This document shows, piece after piece, positions 8,295 through 17,829 of a stretch of DNA of 24,476 nt. Every line of letters begins with the position of its first letter. The stretch's first letter is position 1. The notes beneath the pieces were generated by a model, which saw nothing but the letters and a program-made list of their open reading frames with translations, had not been told where the DNA came from and did not search any database. Origin of the DNA: an uncultured Desulfobacteraceae bacterium (lineage in GTDB: Bacteria; Desulfobacterota; DSM-4660; Desulfatiglandales; Desulfatiglandaceae); NCBI GenBank assembly GCA_964438065.1, contig CAYTJI010000001.1, positions 1 through 24,476 on the forward strand, given 5' to 3'. A program made the translations under genes and the position numbers.

Positions 8295-8376
8295 TGCCGG
8301 CGGGAAATCCGGAAGCACGGAACACTGTGGATTACCAATCAACAAACGGATTCGCAGCCGAGATGGACACAAACAC

Positions 8377-9894
8377 ATGCGCCTGAAATCACTGCTCACC
8401 GGTATTTCGACCTCGGGCCCGGCCAACACGCCTGATCCGGAAATCAAAGGCCTGGCCTGTGATTCCCGGAAGGTTCGACCGGGATTTCTGTTTATCGCCC
8501 TGAAAGGGACATTACGGGACGGTCACGACTTTATTGAAGACGCCGTGCGAAACGGTGCCAGTGCAGTGGTGGGAGAATCATTTACAGGAACAGTCCCTGT
8601 TGCTGAGAATATCCCAACCTTTCAGGTCCCTGATTCCCGCGTTGCTCTGGCCCAACTGGCCTTGAATTTCTACGGACAGCCGTTCAGAAACATGAATCTG
8701 ATCGGGATTACCGGCACGAACGGGAAAACCACGACAAGCTACCTGCTGGAATCCATTCTGCTCACGGCCGGATCCAGACCCGGCGTTATCGGGACCATCA
8801 GTTATCGCGCACCCGGAATCACATGGCCCGCACCGCTAACGACTCCCGATTCCCTGGAGTTGATACGGATTCTTCGCAGCATGGCCGATACCGGGGTCTC
8901 CGACGTCGTCATGGAGGTCTCATCTCATGCGCTGGATCAGAAAAGGATCACGGGCTGCCCGTTCCGGACTGCGGTCTTCACCAATCTCTCCAGGGACCAC
9001 CTTGACTATCATGGCTCCATGTCGGCATATTTCGAGGCCAAAAGCAGGCTCTTCCGCGAACTCAGGTCCGAAGGAGACCGTAATGATACAAAGGCGGTGA
9101 TCAACGCGGATGATCCGTCAGCAGGAAAACTGGCCCGGCTCACTCCGGTCCCGGTCGTGACCTACGGCCTTGAGAGGGACTGTAATGTCCGGGCGGAACA
9201 GGTCGTGTCAGGCAAGTCCGGGGTGACCGCAAGGCTCATCGCGCCCGGCGGCCGGACAGAAGTCCGCTCGTCATTGATCGGCGGATTCAATATATACAAT
9301 ATACTTGCGGCTGCTGCCGCGGCCTTGTGTCTGGGCATATCCCTGGAAACCATCGCATACGGGGTCTCCCGCCTCCAAGGAGTGCCGGGCCGTCTGGAAC
9401 GGGTGCCGAACCGGCGGTCCCTGACAATTATCGTGGATTACGCCCACACACCGGACGCCCTGCTCAAGGCCCTGACTGCGCTCAGGCCGCTTGCAGGAGA
9501 AGGCCGGCTCATCACCGTGTTCGGTTGCGGTGGGGACCGGGACAGGGGCAAACGCCGGGAAATGGGACAAGTCGCCGCACAGCACAGTGACCTGGTGATT
9601 CTCACCTCCGACAACCCCCGAACCGAAGACCCGGAGTCGATCATCGCACAGATTGAACCGGGGATGCGGGATAAGGACATGGAAAAACTTCCGGGCCTTC
9701 CCGGCAGACGGTCGGCCGTTACAGGCTATTTCGTCGAACCGGACCGTGCCGAAGCGATTCAAAAGGCGGTTGAAGAAGCGGATCAGAAAGACATCATCCT
9801 GATCGCAGGAAAAGGTCACGAAGACTATCAGATCATCGGGACGCAAAAAAGGCATTTCGACGACCGCGAAGTGGCGGCAAAGGCCGCCTCGTGA
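8377..9894 (+). CDS. murE: UDP-MurNAc-L-Ala-D-Glu:meso-diaminopimelate ligase
   Basis: GITGTNGKTT, LTTPD, EVSSHALDQ, TNLSRDHLDYH, VDYAHTPD, FGCGGDRD, DNPR (meso-DAP specificity motif) and GKGHEDYQ. Confidence 0.96.
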   Translation: MRLKSLLTGISTSGPANTPDPEIKGLACDSRKVRPGFLFIALKGTLRDGHDFIEDAVRNGASAVVGESFTGTVPVAENIPTFQVPDSRVALAQLALNFYGQPFRNMNLIGITGTNGKTTTSYLLESILLTAGSRPGVIGTISYRAPGITWPAPLTTPDSLELIRILRSMADTGVSDVVMEVSSHALDQKRITGCPFRTAVFTNLSRDHLDYHGSMSAYFEAKSRLFRELRSEGDRNDTKAVINADDPSAGKLARLTPVPVVTYGLERDCNVRAEQVVSGKSGVTARLIAPGGRTEVRSSLIGGFNIYNILAAAAAALCLGISLETIAYGVSRLQGVPGRLERVPNRRSLTIIVDYAHTPDALLKALTALRPLAGEGRLITVFGCGGDRDRGKRREMGQVAAQHSDLVILTSDNPRTEDPESIIAQIEPGMRDKDMEKLPGLPGRRSAVTGYFVEPDRAEAIQKAVEEADQKDIILIAGKGHEDYQIIGTQKRHFDDREVAAKAAS

Positions 9895-9913
9895 AAATCC
9901 GCAAGACAGGGGG

Positions 9914-11332
9914 ATGCCGATGCCTGAGGCATGGGGGAACATCACGGTAGAGGAAATCCTGGCCCCGACCCGCGGAATCCTGCTTTCGGGAAATCTGCGG
10001 CAGGTCTTTTCCGGCCTGAACACCGATTCCAGACGCACGGCCTCCGGCGATCTTTTCATAGCGCTTATCGGGGATCGTTTCGACGGGCACAATTTCGCAC
10101 TGGATGCGATAAACCGGGGGGCAACGGGGATTGTCATACGGAAAGATCGCGCACAGGGACTCTCCCGTGTTAAGGGAGCGGCAGTCATCGCCGTCAAAGA
10201 CACCCTGAGAGCCCTGGGGGATCTGGCTGCATGGTGGCGACGCCGGCACAGGGTGAGACTTGTCGCCGTGACGGGCAGCGCCGGAAAGACGACGACGAAG
10301 GAAATGATCTCGCGAATCCTCGAAATTGAGGGCCGGACACTCGCAAGCGAGGGAAACTTCAACAATCTGATCGGCCTGCCGCTGACTCTGCTGCGTCTGG
10401 AAACCGGACATGAAAGCGCTGTGCTGGAAATGGGGATGAACCGGCCGGGGGAAATCGCACGACTGACCGAAATCGCAGATCCGGATGTGGGCGTGATTAC
10501 AAACGTGGGCATGGCGCACCTGGAAGGTCTCAAAGACATCAAGGGCGTTGCCCGGGCCAAGACTGAAATGGTGGAAAGGGTGTCTCCGGAAAGCCGGATT
10601 CTTCTGAACGGAGATGACAAACTCCTGATGGAGGCGGCTTCCCGGTTCGGAAGGGCTGTGACGACGTTCGGATTTGAGGAAAACAATGATATCCGTTGCA
10701 CGAACGTCCGGGATACGGGCCTGGCCGGGGTCTCTTGTTCCGTAACATACCGCGGGAAATCCATAGACATCCGGCTGCGTGTTCCGGGTCATCAGAACGT
10801 GTCCAATGCCCTGGCAGCGACTGCGGCTGCGCTTTTGCTGGACACATCCCCTGATCACATTGTCAAAGGCCTGGAGGCCTTCAGAGGCGTTCCGGGCCGG
10901 TTTACACCGATTGCGCTGCCCGGTGGCATCACGCTGGTAGACGACACCTACAATGCCAATCCTTCATCCCTGAAGGCGGCCCTGAAAGCGGTGGCCGCAC
11001 TCAGAAACAGCGGCGGAAGAATACTCATTGCGCTTGGAGAGATGATGGAACTCGGCGATGCGGCGGTCCCGGCCCATCTGGAGGCCGGGCGCATGGTGGC
11101 GGAAACCGCGGCGGCCTACCTTGTGGCCATGGGCGAACACGCGCCGGAAATGATAAAAGGCGCTCTGGAATCCGGGATGGGCCCAAACGGTGCAGAAACT
11201 GCAGGCACGCACGAAGAAATGGTCGACCGGCTGATCAGCAGGATCAAACCGGGGGACCTGATCCTTGTCAAGGGATCCCGAATGATGGATCTTGGCCGGG
11301 TTGTCGATGACATCCGGGCGCGTGTACCGTGA
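9914..11332 (+). CDS. murF: UDP-MurNAc-tripeptide:D-Ala-D-Ala ligase (start may be 9920)
   Basis: DSR, GDRFDGH, VTGSAGKTTTK, NFNNLIGLPLT, EMGMNRPGEI, DDTYNANPSS, GEMMELG and KGSR. Confidence 0.95.
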   Translation: MPMPEAWGNITVEEILAPTRGILLSGNLRQVFSGLNTDSRRTASGDLFIALIGDRFDGHNFALDAINRGATGIVIRKDRAQGLSRVKGAAVIAVKDTLRALGDLAAWWRRRHRVRLVAVTGSAGKTTTKEMISRILEIEGRTLASEGNFNNLIGLPLTLLRLETGHESAVLEMGMNRPGEIARLTEIADPDVGVITNVGMAHLEGLKDIKGVARAKTEMVERVSPESRILLNGDDKLLMEAASRFGRAVTTFGFEENNDIRCTNVRDTGLAGVSCSVTYRGKSIDIRLRVPGHQNVSNALAATAAALLLDTSPDHIVKGLEAFRGVPGRFTPIALPGGITLVDDTYNANPSSLKAALKAVAALRNSGGRILIALGEMMELGDAAVPAHLEAGRMVAETAAAYLVAMGEHAPEMIKGALESGMGPNGAETAGTHEEMVDRLISRIKPGDLILVKGSRMMDLGRVVDDIRARVP

Positions 11333-11389
11333 ACAGTCACGAGGGGAAATTTTACAAAGATCTCACAGCATCAAAAGGCAAACAGCCCC

Positions 11390-12469
11390 ATGTTCTACAA
11401 ACTGATCTATGCGTTCCACGCGGATTTGTCCTGGCTGAATGTGTTCCGGTACATTACCTTCCGGGCTATTCTGGCCTCCCTGACTGCCCTGGTGATCTGT
11501 TTCATCTTCGGCAGATGGGCGATCAACAAACTCCGCGCCATGCAGATCGGACAATTCGTCCGGGATGACGGACCACCGGAGCACAAATCCAAGGAAGGGA
11601 CTCCGACCATGGGAGGATGCCTGATTCTGCCCGCGATTGTCTTTTCCGCACTCCTGTGGGCAGACCCGGCCAATGTCTATGTGTGGATTGTAATATTTGT
11701 CACGCTGTCCTTCGGAGCCATCGGGTTTGCCGACGATTACCTGAAAGTAACCAGGAAAAACAGTCGCGGTCTGAGACCCCTTTCCAAATTTTCTCTGCAG
11801 ATTCTGGCGGCCCTGATCGTCGCCCTGGCACTCTATTATTACCCCGGTTATAATCTGCATCTGAACGTGCCGTTTTTCAAAAAGATTTCCCCGGACCTCG
11901 GCTGGGGGTATATCCCGGTGATCATCTTCATCATTGTCGGCGCATCCAATGCCGTAAATCTGACAGACGGCCTGGACGGCCTTGCAATCAGCCCGGTCAT
12001 TGTGGCATTCGGGAGTTACCTGGTTTTTGCCTACCTGTCAGGGCATGTCAAGATCGCCGGGTACCTCCAGATCCCGTATGTGTCGGGCGCGGGAGAAATC
12101 TCCATTATCTGTGGCGCCGCAGCGGGTGCGGGGCTGGGCTTTCTGTGGTACAACGCCTACCCTGCGGAGATCTTCATGGGGGATGTCGGCTCCCTGGGCC
12201 TTGGCGCGGTCCTGGGAACGGTCGCCATCATTACCAAACAGGAAATCGTGCTGATTCTGGTGGGCGGCCTGTTTGTTTTTGAAGCGCTCTCCGTCATATT
12301 CCAGGTCGCCTACTTCAAATTTACAGGCGGTCAGCGTATCTTTCGGATGGCCCCCATACACCATCATTTCGAGCTGAAAGGATGGCCAGAGCCCAAGGTC
12401 ATCGTCCGGTTCTGGATCATTGCCATCATCCTGGCACTGTTTTCCTTTACCACACTCAAACTGAGGTAG
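11390..12469 (+). CDS. mraY: Phospho-MurNAc-pentapeptide transferase
   Basis: A polytopic membrane protein with [28 protein letters not shown] and MAPIHHHFE. Confidence 0.97.
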   Translation: MFYKLIYAFHADLSWLNVFRYITFRAILASLTALVICFIFGRWAINKLRAMQIGQFVRDDGPPEHKSKEGTPTMGGCLILPAIVFSALLWADPANVYVWIVIFVTLSFGAIGFADDYLKVTRKNSRGLRPLSKFSLQILAALIVALALYYYPGYNLHLNVPFFKKISPDLGWGYIPVIIFIIVGASNAVNLTDGLDGLAISPVIVAFGSYLVFAYLSGHVKIAGYLQIPYVSGAGEISIICGAAAGAGLGFLWYNAYPAEIFMGDVGSLGLGAVLGTVAIITKQEIVLILVGGLFVFEALSVIFQVAYFKFTGGQRIFRMAPIHHHFELKGWPEPKVIVRFWIIAIILALFSFTTLKLR

Positions 12470-12477
12470 CAGGTCCA

Positions 12478-13854
12478 ATGGCGCAACACCGGCATCCGCA
12501 ATTTTACGGGAGGAAAATCGTCGTGGCAGGGCTGGGTATTTCCGGACTATGGACCGCCAGGTATCTCGCGGCCCATGGCGCAGACGTAACGGTCAGTGAA
12601 AAAAGACCGGAGATGGACCTGGACCCGGGCATGTGCAGGGAAATCCGTGCCCTCGGCGTGGTCCTGGAGGCTGGCGGACACACGATGAAAACATTCATGG
12701 AGGCCGACATGATCATTGTCAGTCCGGGGGTCCCGACTGATATACCGATCCTTCACGCCGCACGGGAAAAAGGCATCCAGGTAATCGGCGAACTGGAACT
12801 GGCCGGCCGGCTCGTCCAGGCCCCTGTCATCGCCATCACCGGCACGAACGGAAAATCAACGGTTACGGCGGCCCTGAGCCGGATGCTGGAGCTGGCCGGC
12901 CTGAATGTTTTCGTGGGGGGAAACATCGGCACCCCTCTGATGGCCCTTGCCGCAGGCGGTGAAAAGCCGGACTACGCGGTCGTGGAGGTCAGCAGCTTTC
13001 AGCTAGACACGACCGTAACATTCTGTCCCCGTATTTCCGTAATCCTGAACATCACGCCCGATCACCTGGACCGGTACCGGGGTTACGACGACTATGTCCG
13101 GTCAAAGTTGAAAATATTCAGCAATCAGAAATCCGGGCATCATCTGGTCCTGAACGATGATGATCAAAGGCTGGCCGGGATCAACCCGTCATCCGGTGTT
13201 TCCGTGCTTCGTTACGGGACAGCGCAGAAGCCGGGCCGGCACGCATATGTCAAGAACGGGGAAATCCTGGCCCGTACCGATGACCGGCAGCCGGACAGAT
13301 TCCCGGTCGCGTCGTATAAGTTGCCGGGAAAACACAACCGCCAGAATCTGATGGCCGTCATCCTTGCCTGCCGGCTGATCGGGATCGACCCTGCTGTAAT
13401 CCGGCGGCATATCGGCAACCTCCGGGGACTTCCGCACCGGCTGGAATATGTGGGGGAAGTGGAGGGAGTGACCTATTACGATGATTCCAAGGCCACCAAC
13501 GTGGATGCGGCCGTCAGGGCGGTCGAGAGTTTCGACCGGCCCCTGATCCTCATCGCCGGAGGCAGGCACAAGGGCGCAGACTACTCCCCGCTGGTGCGCG
13601 CCTGCAAAAAACAAGTGCGAAAGGCTGTTTTCCTGGGAGAGGCAAAGGATCTGCTGTGTGCTGCCTTCGATGGGTGCATCGCCTTTTCCACGGCCCGGGA
13701 CATGGCTGAGGCCGTGGCCCTGGCCCGACAAAGTGCCCAACGGGGAGACACGGTCCTGCTTTCCCCGGCATGTGCCAGTTTCGACATGTTTTCTGATTAT
13801 AGAGACAGGGGCAGGGTATTCAAATCAATCGTTGCGGGATTGAGCCGTGGCTGA
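12478..13854 (+). CDS. murD: UDP-MurNAc-L-Ala:D-glutamate ligase, 458 aa
   Basis: VAGLGISG, ITGTNGKST, GGNIG, EVSSFQL, LNITPDHLDRY, DDSKATN and LSPACASFDMF. The start is set at ATG 12478, just after the mraY stop. Confidence 0.96.
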   Translation: MAQHRHPQFYGRKIVVAGLGISGLWTARYLAAHGADVTVSEKRPEMDLDPGMCREIRALGVVLEAGGHTMKTFMEADMIIVSPGVPTDIPILHAAREKGIQVIGELELAGRLVQAPVIAITGTNGKSTVTAALSRMLELAGLNVFVGGNIGTPLMALAAGGEKPDYAVVEVSSFQLDTTVTFCPRISVILNITPDHLDRYRGYDDYVRSKLKIFSNQKSGHHLVLNDDDQRLAGINPSSGVSVLRYGTAQKPGRHAYVKNGEILARTDDRQPDRFPVASYKLPGKHNRQNLMAVILACRLIGIDPAVIRRHIGNLRGLPHRLEYVGEVEGVTYYDDSKATNVDAAVRAVESFDRPLILIAGGRHKGADYSPLVRACKKQVRKAVFLGEAKDLLCAAFDGCIAFSTARDMAEAVALARQSAQRGDTVLLSPACASFDMFSDYRDRGRVFKSIVAGLSRG

Positions 13855-14950
13855 AAAACACGCAAAAGCTTCCGGATATGATTACATGATCCTTGTCCCG
13901 GTCCTTGTCCTGATCGGGCTGGGTCTGGTAATCGTGTACAGCGCCAGCAGCCACCTGGCGGAACATCGTCTGGCGGACAGTTCATTTTATCTGAAACGCC
14001 AGGCCCTGTTCTGTGCCGCGGGTCTGCTTCTCATGGTCCTGGCCAAAAAGATCCCATGCACCCTCTATTCCAAAATGGTCTATCCCCTGCTTGTCCTCAG
14101 TTTCTGTCTTCTTGGCATTCTGTTTGTACCGGGCATCGGACACAAAGTGGGAGGCGCATCCCGGTGGATCCGGATGAGCGGTTTTTCTTTCCAGCCATCC
14201 GAATTCGTAAAATTCACCCTGGCCGTTTACATGGCATATTCCATGTCGAAAAAGGCATCCGACATGGGTCGGCTGAGAACCGGCCTTGCACACCATCTTG
14301 TGGTGGCAGGCCTTTTTATCGTGCTCATTCTTCTGGAGCCGGATCTTGGAACCTCGCTGATTATCGGCGGCTGGCTCATGATCATGCTGTTTGTCGGTGG
14401 CGTCCGTCTGTGGCAGATCGGCTCGGTACTGGCCATCTCCTCGGTGGTCGTGTGGCAGCTCATCGCCCGCGCCGATTACCGGATGCACAGGTGGCTGGCT
14501 TTTTTGAATCCCTGGGACGATCCACAGGGCATCGGTTTTCAGATCATCCATTCCTTCCTGGCATTCGGATCAGGAGGACTGTTCGGCGCGGGGCCGGGGG
14601 CCGGGAAGCAGAAACTTTTCTACCTGCCTGAGCCCCACACGGATTTCGCTCTGTCCGTGGCAGGTGAGGAACTGGGTTTTGTCGGGGTTGCGTTCATTGT
14701 CCTGTTGTTCGGCCTGTTGATCATGCGCGGGATCAAGGTCGCCCTGAATGCCCGTGATCTGTACAGCTCGTACCTTGCCCTGGGAATTATCTGCCTGATC
14801 GGGCTTCAGGCAATCGTCAACATGGGTGTGGTCCTGGGGTTGCTCCCGACAAAAGGCCTGACGCTGCCGTTTATCAGTTACGGGGGATCCGCCCTGATTC
14901 TGAATCTGACGGGCATCGGCGTGCTGCTGAACATTTCATCAAAAACATGA
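13847..14950 (+). CDS. ftsW: SEDS peptidoglycan glycosyltransferase FtsW
   Basis: VYSAS, GASRWI, QPSEFVK, EPDLG, LPEPHTDF and GLTLPFISYGGS. The GTG start overlaps the murD end. Confidence 0.95.
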   Translation: MAEKHAKASGYDYMILVPVLVLIGLGLVIVYSASSHLAEHRLADSSFYLKRQALFCAAGLLLMVLAKKIPCTLYSKMVYPLLVLSFCLLGILFVPGIGHKVGGASRWIRMSGFSFQPSEFVKFTLAVYMAYSMSKKASDMGRLRTGLAHHLVVAGLFIVLILLEPDLGTSLIIGGWLMIMLFVGGVRLWQIGSVLAISSVVVWQLIARADYRMHRWLAFLNPWDDPQGIGFQIIHSFLAFGSGGLFGAGPGAGKQKLFYLPEPHTDFALSVAGEELGFVGVAFIVLLFGLLIMRGIKVALNARDLYSSYLALGIICLIGLQAIVNMGVVLGLLPTKGLTLPFISYGGSALILNLTGIGVLLNISSKT

Positions 14951-14972
14951 CACCCAAAACCCGCATAAATTG

Positions 14973-15011
14973 TTGCAGAAAAGACGTTATGTTTTTAATA
15001 TCAGTAAGTTA
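14973..15011 (+). promoter_or_regulatory. Possible internal promoter with overlapping IHF consensus site before murG
   Basis: TTGCAG (14973-14978), N17, TAATAT (14996-15001). TATCAGTAAGTTA (14999-15011) fits the IHF consensus WATCARNNNNTTR. Both lie in a 99-bp AT-rich gap. Confidence 0.35.
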
Positions 15012-15049
15012 TTGGATTTCTGGGCTTGCAGGATTTAGGTGAAAGGCAA

Positions 15050-16162
15050 ATGAATCATACGGCCGGAACCTTTCGGGCGATCATAGCGGGCGGCGGTACA
15101 GGCGGTCACCTTTTTCCCGGAATTGCCGTGGCCAGAGAAATTGAAAAGCGGTTTGATCACGCCGAGGTCCTTTTTGTGACTGGCCTGCGAAAAATGGAAT
15201 CGGAAATTCTGTCCCGCTATGGATACCATACCGTTTCCATCCGGGTGGAGGGGATAAAAGGCCGGGGCTGGAAAAAGGGGCTGAAGGTAATTTCCGGACT
15301 TCCCGGCAGCTTTCTGCAGTCAGTCTCTTTGATCAAGGCCTTTTCACCGGTCTTTGTTCTCGGCGTTGGAGGCTATGCTTCGGGTCCGGTGTGCCTGGCC
15401 GCCAGGATGATGGGGGTTCCGACAGCGATCCATGAACAAAACGCCGTTCCGGGTCTTGCCAACCGTCTGCTGTCCCGGTTTGTGGACTGTGTGTTCATTT
15501 CGTTCCCGGAAAGCCGGCCCTGGTTGAAAGGCCGCCGGCATGTCCTGAGCGGAACGCCGGTACGGGAAGAGCTTTTTTCCGGTATCCCCGCAAAGAAACC
15601 GGACTCATCGCGGTTTACCGTCCTGGTGGTGGGTGGCAGCCAGGGCGCCATGGCCGTTAACAGGGCCTTTGCCGAGGCCCTGGAGATCCTGGAATCGGAA
15701 GGCAGACATCCCCATGCGATCCACCAGACAGGAGAGACGGATTTTGCGAGGGTTCAGGAAGACTACCGCAAACGCGGCATTCGGGCGGAGCTTCACCCCT
15801 TTATCCGGGATATGGCCGCGGCATATCACCGCGCGGATCTCGTTGTCGGCCGGGCGGGGGCATCCACGATCTTCGAGCTCGCGGCACTGGGAAAACCCTC
15901 TGTTCTGATCCCCTACCCGTTCGCAACGCATGGGCATCAGGAAATGAATGCCCGCTGTCTGGTTCAGGCGGGGGCCGCGGAAATGATCCGGCAGGAAGAA
16001 CTGACCGGCGAGTGCCTGGCAAAGGTCCTGACCGAATTCATGAACAACCCGGACAGGCTGAAAACCATGGGGATCCGGGCCCTGACGATCGGCCGAAAAG
16101 ACGCGGCAGAGGTCATTGTGGATCATCTGCTGGAAACAGCGCTCGCAAAAAAACGGACCTGA
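15050..16162 (+). CDS. murG: Undecaprenyl-PP-MurNAc-pentapeptide GlcNAc transferase, 370 aa
   Basis: GGGTGGHLFPG, GVGGYASGP, HEQN, GGSQGA, RAGAST and HQEMNA. ATG 15050 follows AAGG. Confidence 0.96.
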   Translation: MNHTAGTFRAIIAGGGTGGHLFPGIAVAREIEKRFDHAEVLFVTGLRKMESEILSRYGYHTVSIRVEGIKGRGWKKGLKVISGLPGSFLQSVSLIKAFSPVFVLGVGGYASGPVCLAARMMGVPTAIHEQNAVPGLANRLLSRFVDCVFISFPESRPWLKGRRHVLSGTPVREELFSGIPAKKPDSSRFTVLVVGGSQGAMAVNRAFAEALEILESEGRHPHAIHQTGETDFARVQEDYRKRGIRAELHPFIRDMAAAYHRADLVVGRAGASTIFELAALGKPSVLIPYPFATHGHQEMNARCLVQAGAAEMIRQEELTGECLAKVLTEFMNNPDRLKTMGIRALTIGRKDAAEVIVDHLLETALAKKRT

Positions 16163-16173
16163 ACACAGCGGAT

Positions 16174-16339
16174 AACATTTTACCAAAAACCTGCAAGCGT
16201 CGAGTTTGCCTTGCACCTGCCTGCTGCAGGCAGGTGCAAGGCGGCAAGGGCGCAGACGTACGACGATACTTCAAGTCCTTGCCAACGCCGTCCCGCCTCC
16301 AGGCGGGATAAAATCGGCACTCCCGGAGGGTAAACTATT
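16174..16339. mobile_element. MITE-like element B (about 166 bp) between murG and murC, with nested palindromes
   Basis: Imperfect ends AACATTTTACC / GGTAAACTATT (9/11). It has the core CAAGGCG...CAACGCCG seen in the other elements, a perfect 17+1+17 palindrome at 16208-16242 and an 8-bp-arm hairpin TCCCGCCT-CC-AGGCGGGA at 16291-16308. Confidence 0.5.
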
Positions 16340-16396
16340 TTCAAAAATCCGGTCTAAACCGGACATTTCGGGATGTACCGCTGTTGATGAGAAAAA

Positions 16397-17794
16397 ATGA
16401 AAACACTCGGAAAGACAAAACACGCTCATTTTATCGGTATCGGCGGCATCGGGATGAGCGGCATCGCCGAACTTCTGCTCAACCTGGGCTACTCCGTCAG
16501 CGGTTCGGACCTGACGGAAACCGCGGTTACCCGGCGCCTGGCGGCCCTGGGGGGCCGAATCCATATCGGGCATGAAAGACGGAACGTGGAAGGGGCCGAT
16601 GTCGTGGTCTATTCCTCGGCCGTGAGGCCGGACAACCCGGAGATCCTGGAGGCCGGAGAGCGAAGCATCCCGGTGATCCCCAGGGCGGAAATGCTGGCGG
16701 AGCTGATGCGGCTCAAGTATGGGATTGCCGTGGCCGGCGCACACGGCAAGACCACAACCACTTCCATGATCGCCTCCATACTGACCCGCGGACACCTGGA
16801 CCCGACCGTGGTAATCGGGGGGCGGCTGAATATCTGGGGCGGATCAAACGCCAAACCGGGCCGGGGAGACATCCTGCTCGCAGAGGCCGATGAAAGCGAC
16901 GGGTCTTTTCTTGCCCTGTCTCCCGCAATCGTCGTGGTTACCAATATTGACCGGGAGCACATGGATCATTACGGCAATATGGATGCGATCCGGAAAACGT
17001 TTGTCGATTTCATCAACAAGATTCCGTTTTACGGAACCGCCATGCTCTGCCTCGACAATGAAGAAATTCAGGGAATTATTCCCCGACTCCGCAAAAAATA
17101 TGTCACTTACGGCCTGACCTCCCAGGCCGATCTCAAGGCCAGGGACCTGCAGAAAGAGGCGATCGGAACAAGCTTTGAGGTAATTTTTCACAACCGGAGC
17201 CTGGGCCGCATCACCGTGGAGGTCCCCGGAGACCACAATGTCTTGAATGCGCTGGCGGCTATTGCGGTCAGTCTCGAACTCGAGATGGATATCGCCGTCA
17301 TACGTGACGGGCTGAAGACCCTGGGGGGGCTCGAAAGGCGTTTTGAGGTCAAGGGCCGGAAGCAAGATATCGTTGTCATGGACGATTACGGACATCATCC
17401 GACGGAGATCATGGCCACGCTGAAGACCGCCAGGGAATGCTGGCCGGAAAGGCGGATCATTGTCGTTTTCCAGCCGCACCGGTACACCCGGACAAAAGAA
17501 CTGTTCGATCGCTTTGTCATCAGCTTTAATGAAGCGGACCTGCTGATCATTACCCCCATTTATCCCGCCGGAGAAAAAGAAATCCATGGCGTGAGCGCTG
17601 AATGGCTGGCCAGGGGAATCAAAGAGCACGGACACAGGGAAGTGCTTACCTGCCGGGAATCGGACGAAATTCTCCGGGCACTCAAATCACATGTCAGGCC
17701 CGGAGATCTTGTCATCACGCTCGGGGCGGGCAATATCGGCAGCGTCGGGAAAAAATTTCTGGATGAACTGGGCAAGGAGGGCAGCACACCCTGA
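16397..17794 (+). CDS. murC: UDP-MurNAc:L-alanine ligase
   Basis: GIGGIGMSG, GAHGKTTTTSM, EADESDGSF, DDYGHHPTEI and FQPHRYTRT. Confidence 0.97.
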   Translation: MKTLGKTKHAHFIGIGGIGMSGIAELLLNLGYSVSGSDLTETAVTRRLAALGGRIHIGHERRNVEGADVVVYSSAVRPDNPEILEAGERSIPVIPRAEMLAELMRLKYGIAVAGAHGKTTTTSMIASILTRGHLDPTVVIGGRLNIWGGSNAKPGRGDILLAEADESDGSFLALSPAIVVVTNIDREHMDHYGNMDAIRKTFVDFINKIPFYGTAMLCLDNEEIQGIIPRLRKKYVTYGLTSQADLKARDLQKEAIGTSFEVIFHNRSLGRITVEVPGDHNVLNALAAIAVSLELEMDIAVIRDGLKTLGGLERRFEVKGRKQDIVVMDDYGHHPTEIMATLKTARECWPERRIIVVFQPHRYTRTKELFDRFVISFNEADLLIITPIYPAGEKEIHGVSAEWLARGIKEHGHREVLTCRESDEILRALKSHVRPGDLVITLGAGNIGSVGKKFLDELGKEGSTP

Positions 17795-17829
17795 AAGGAT
17801 TCGGGGCGATCATCCCCGTGTGAACCGGC

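Noticed and set aside
9271-10770. Long antisense ORFs, e.g. 499 aa at 9271-10770, 344 aa at 1009-2043, 349 aa at 17560-18609, 376 aa at 20637-21767 and 314 aa at 23252-24196
   Set aside because: They lie wholly opposite well-supported genes, have no recognisable motifs, and are the expected shadow frames of GC-rich coding DNA.
14958-14997. dif/Xer-like arms (CGCATAA ... TTATGTT)
   Set aside because: The arms are 18 nt apart, whereas Xer sites need a 6-8-nt central region.
17802-17818. CGGGG-CGATCAT-CCCCG hairpin between murC and murB
   Set aside because: It has only a 5-bp stem with no U-tail and is too short to distinguish from chance.
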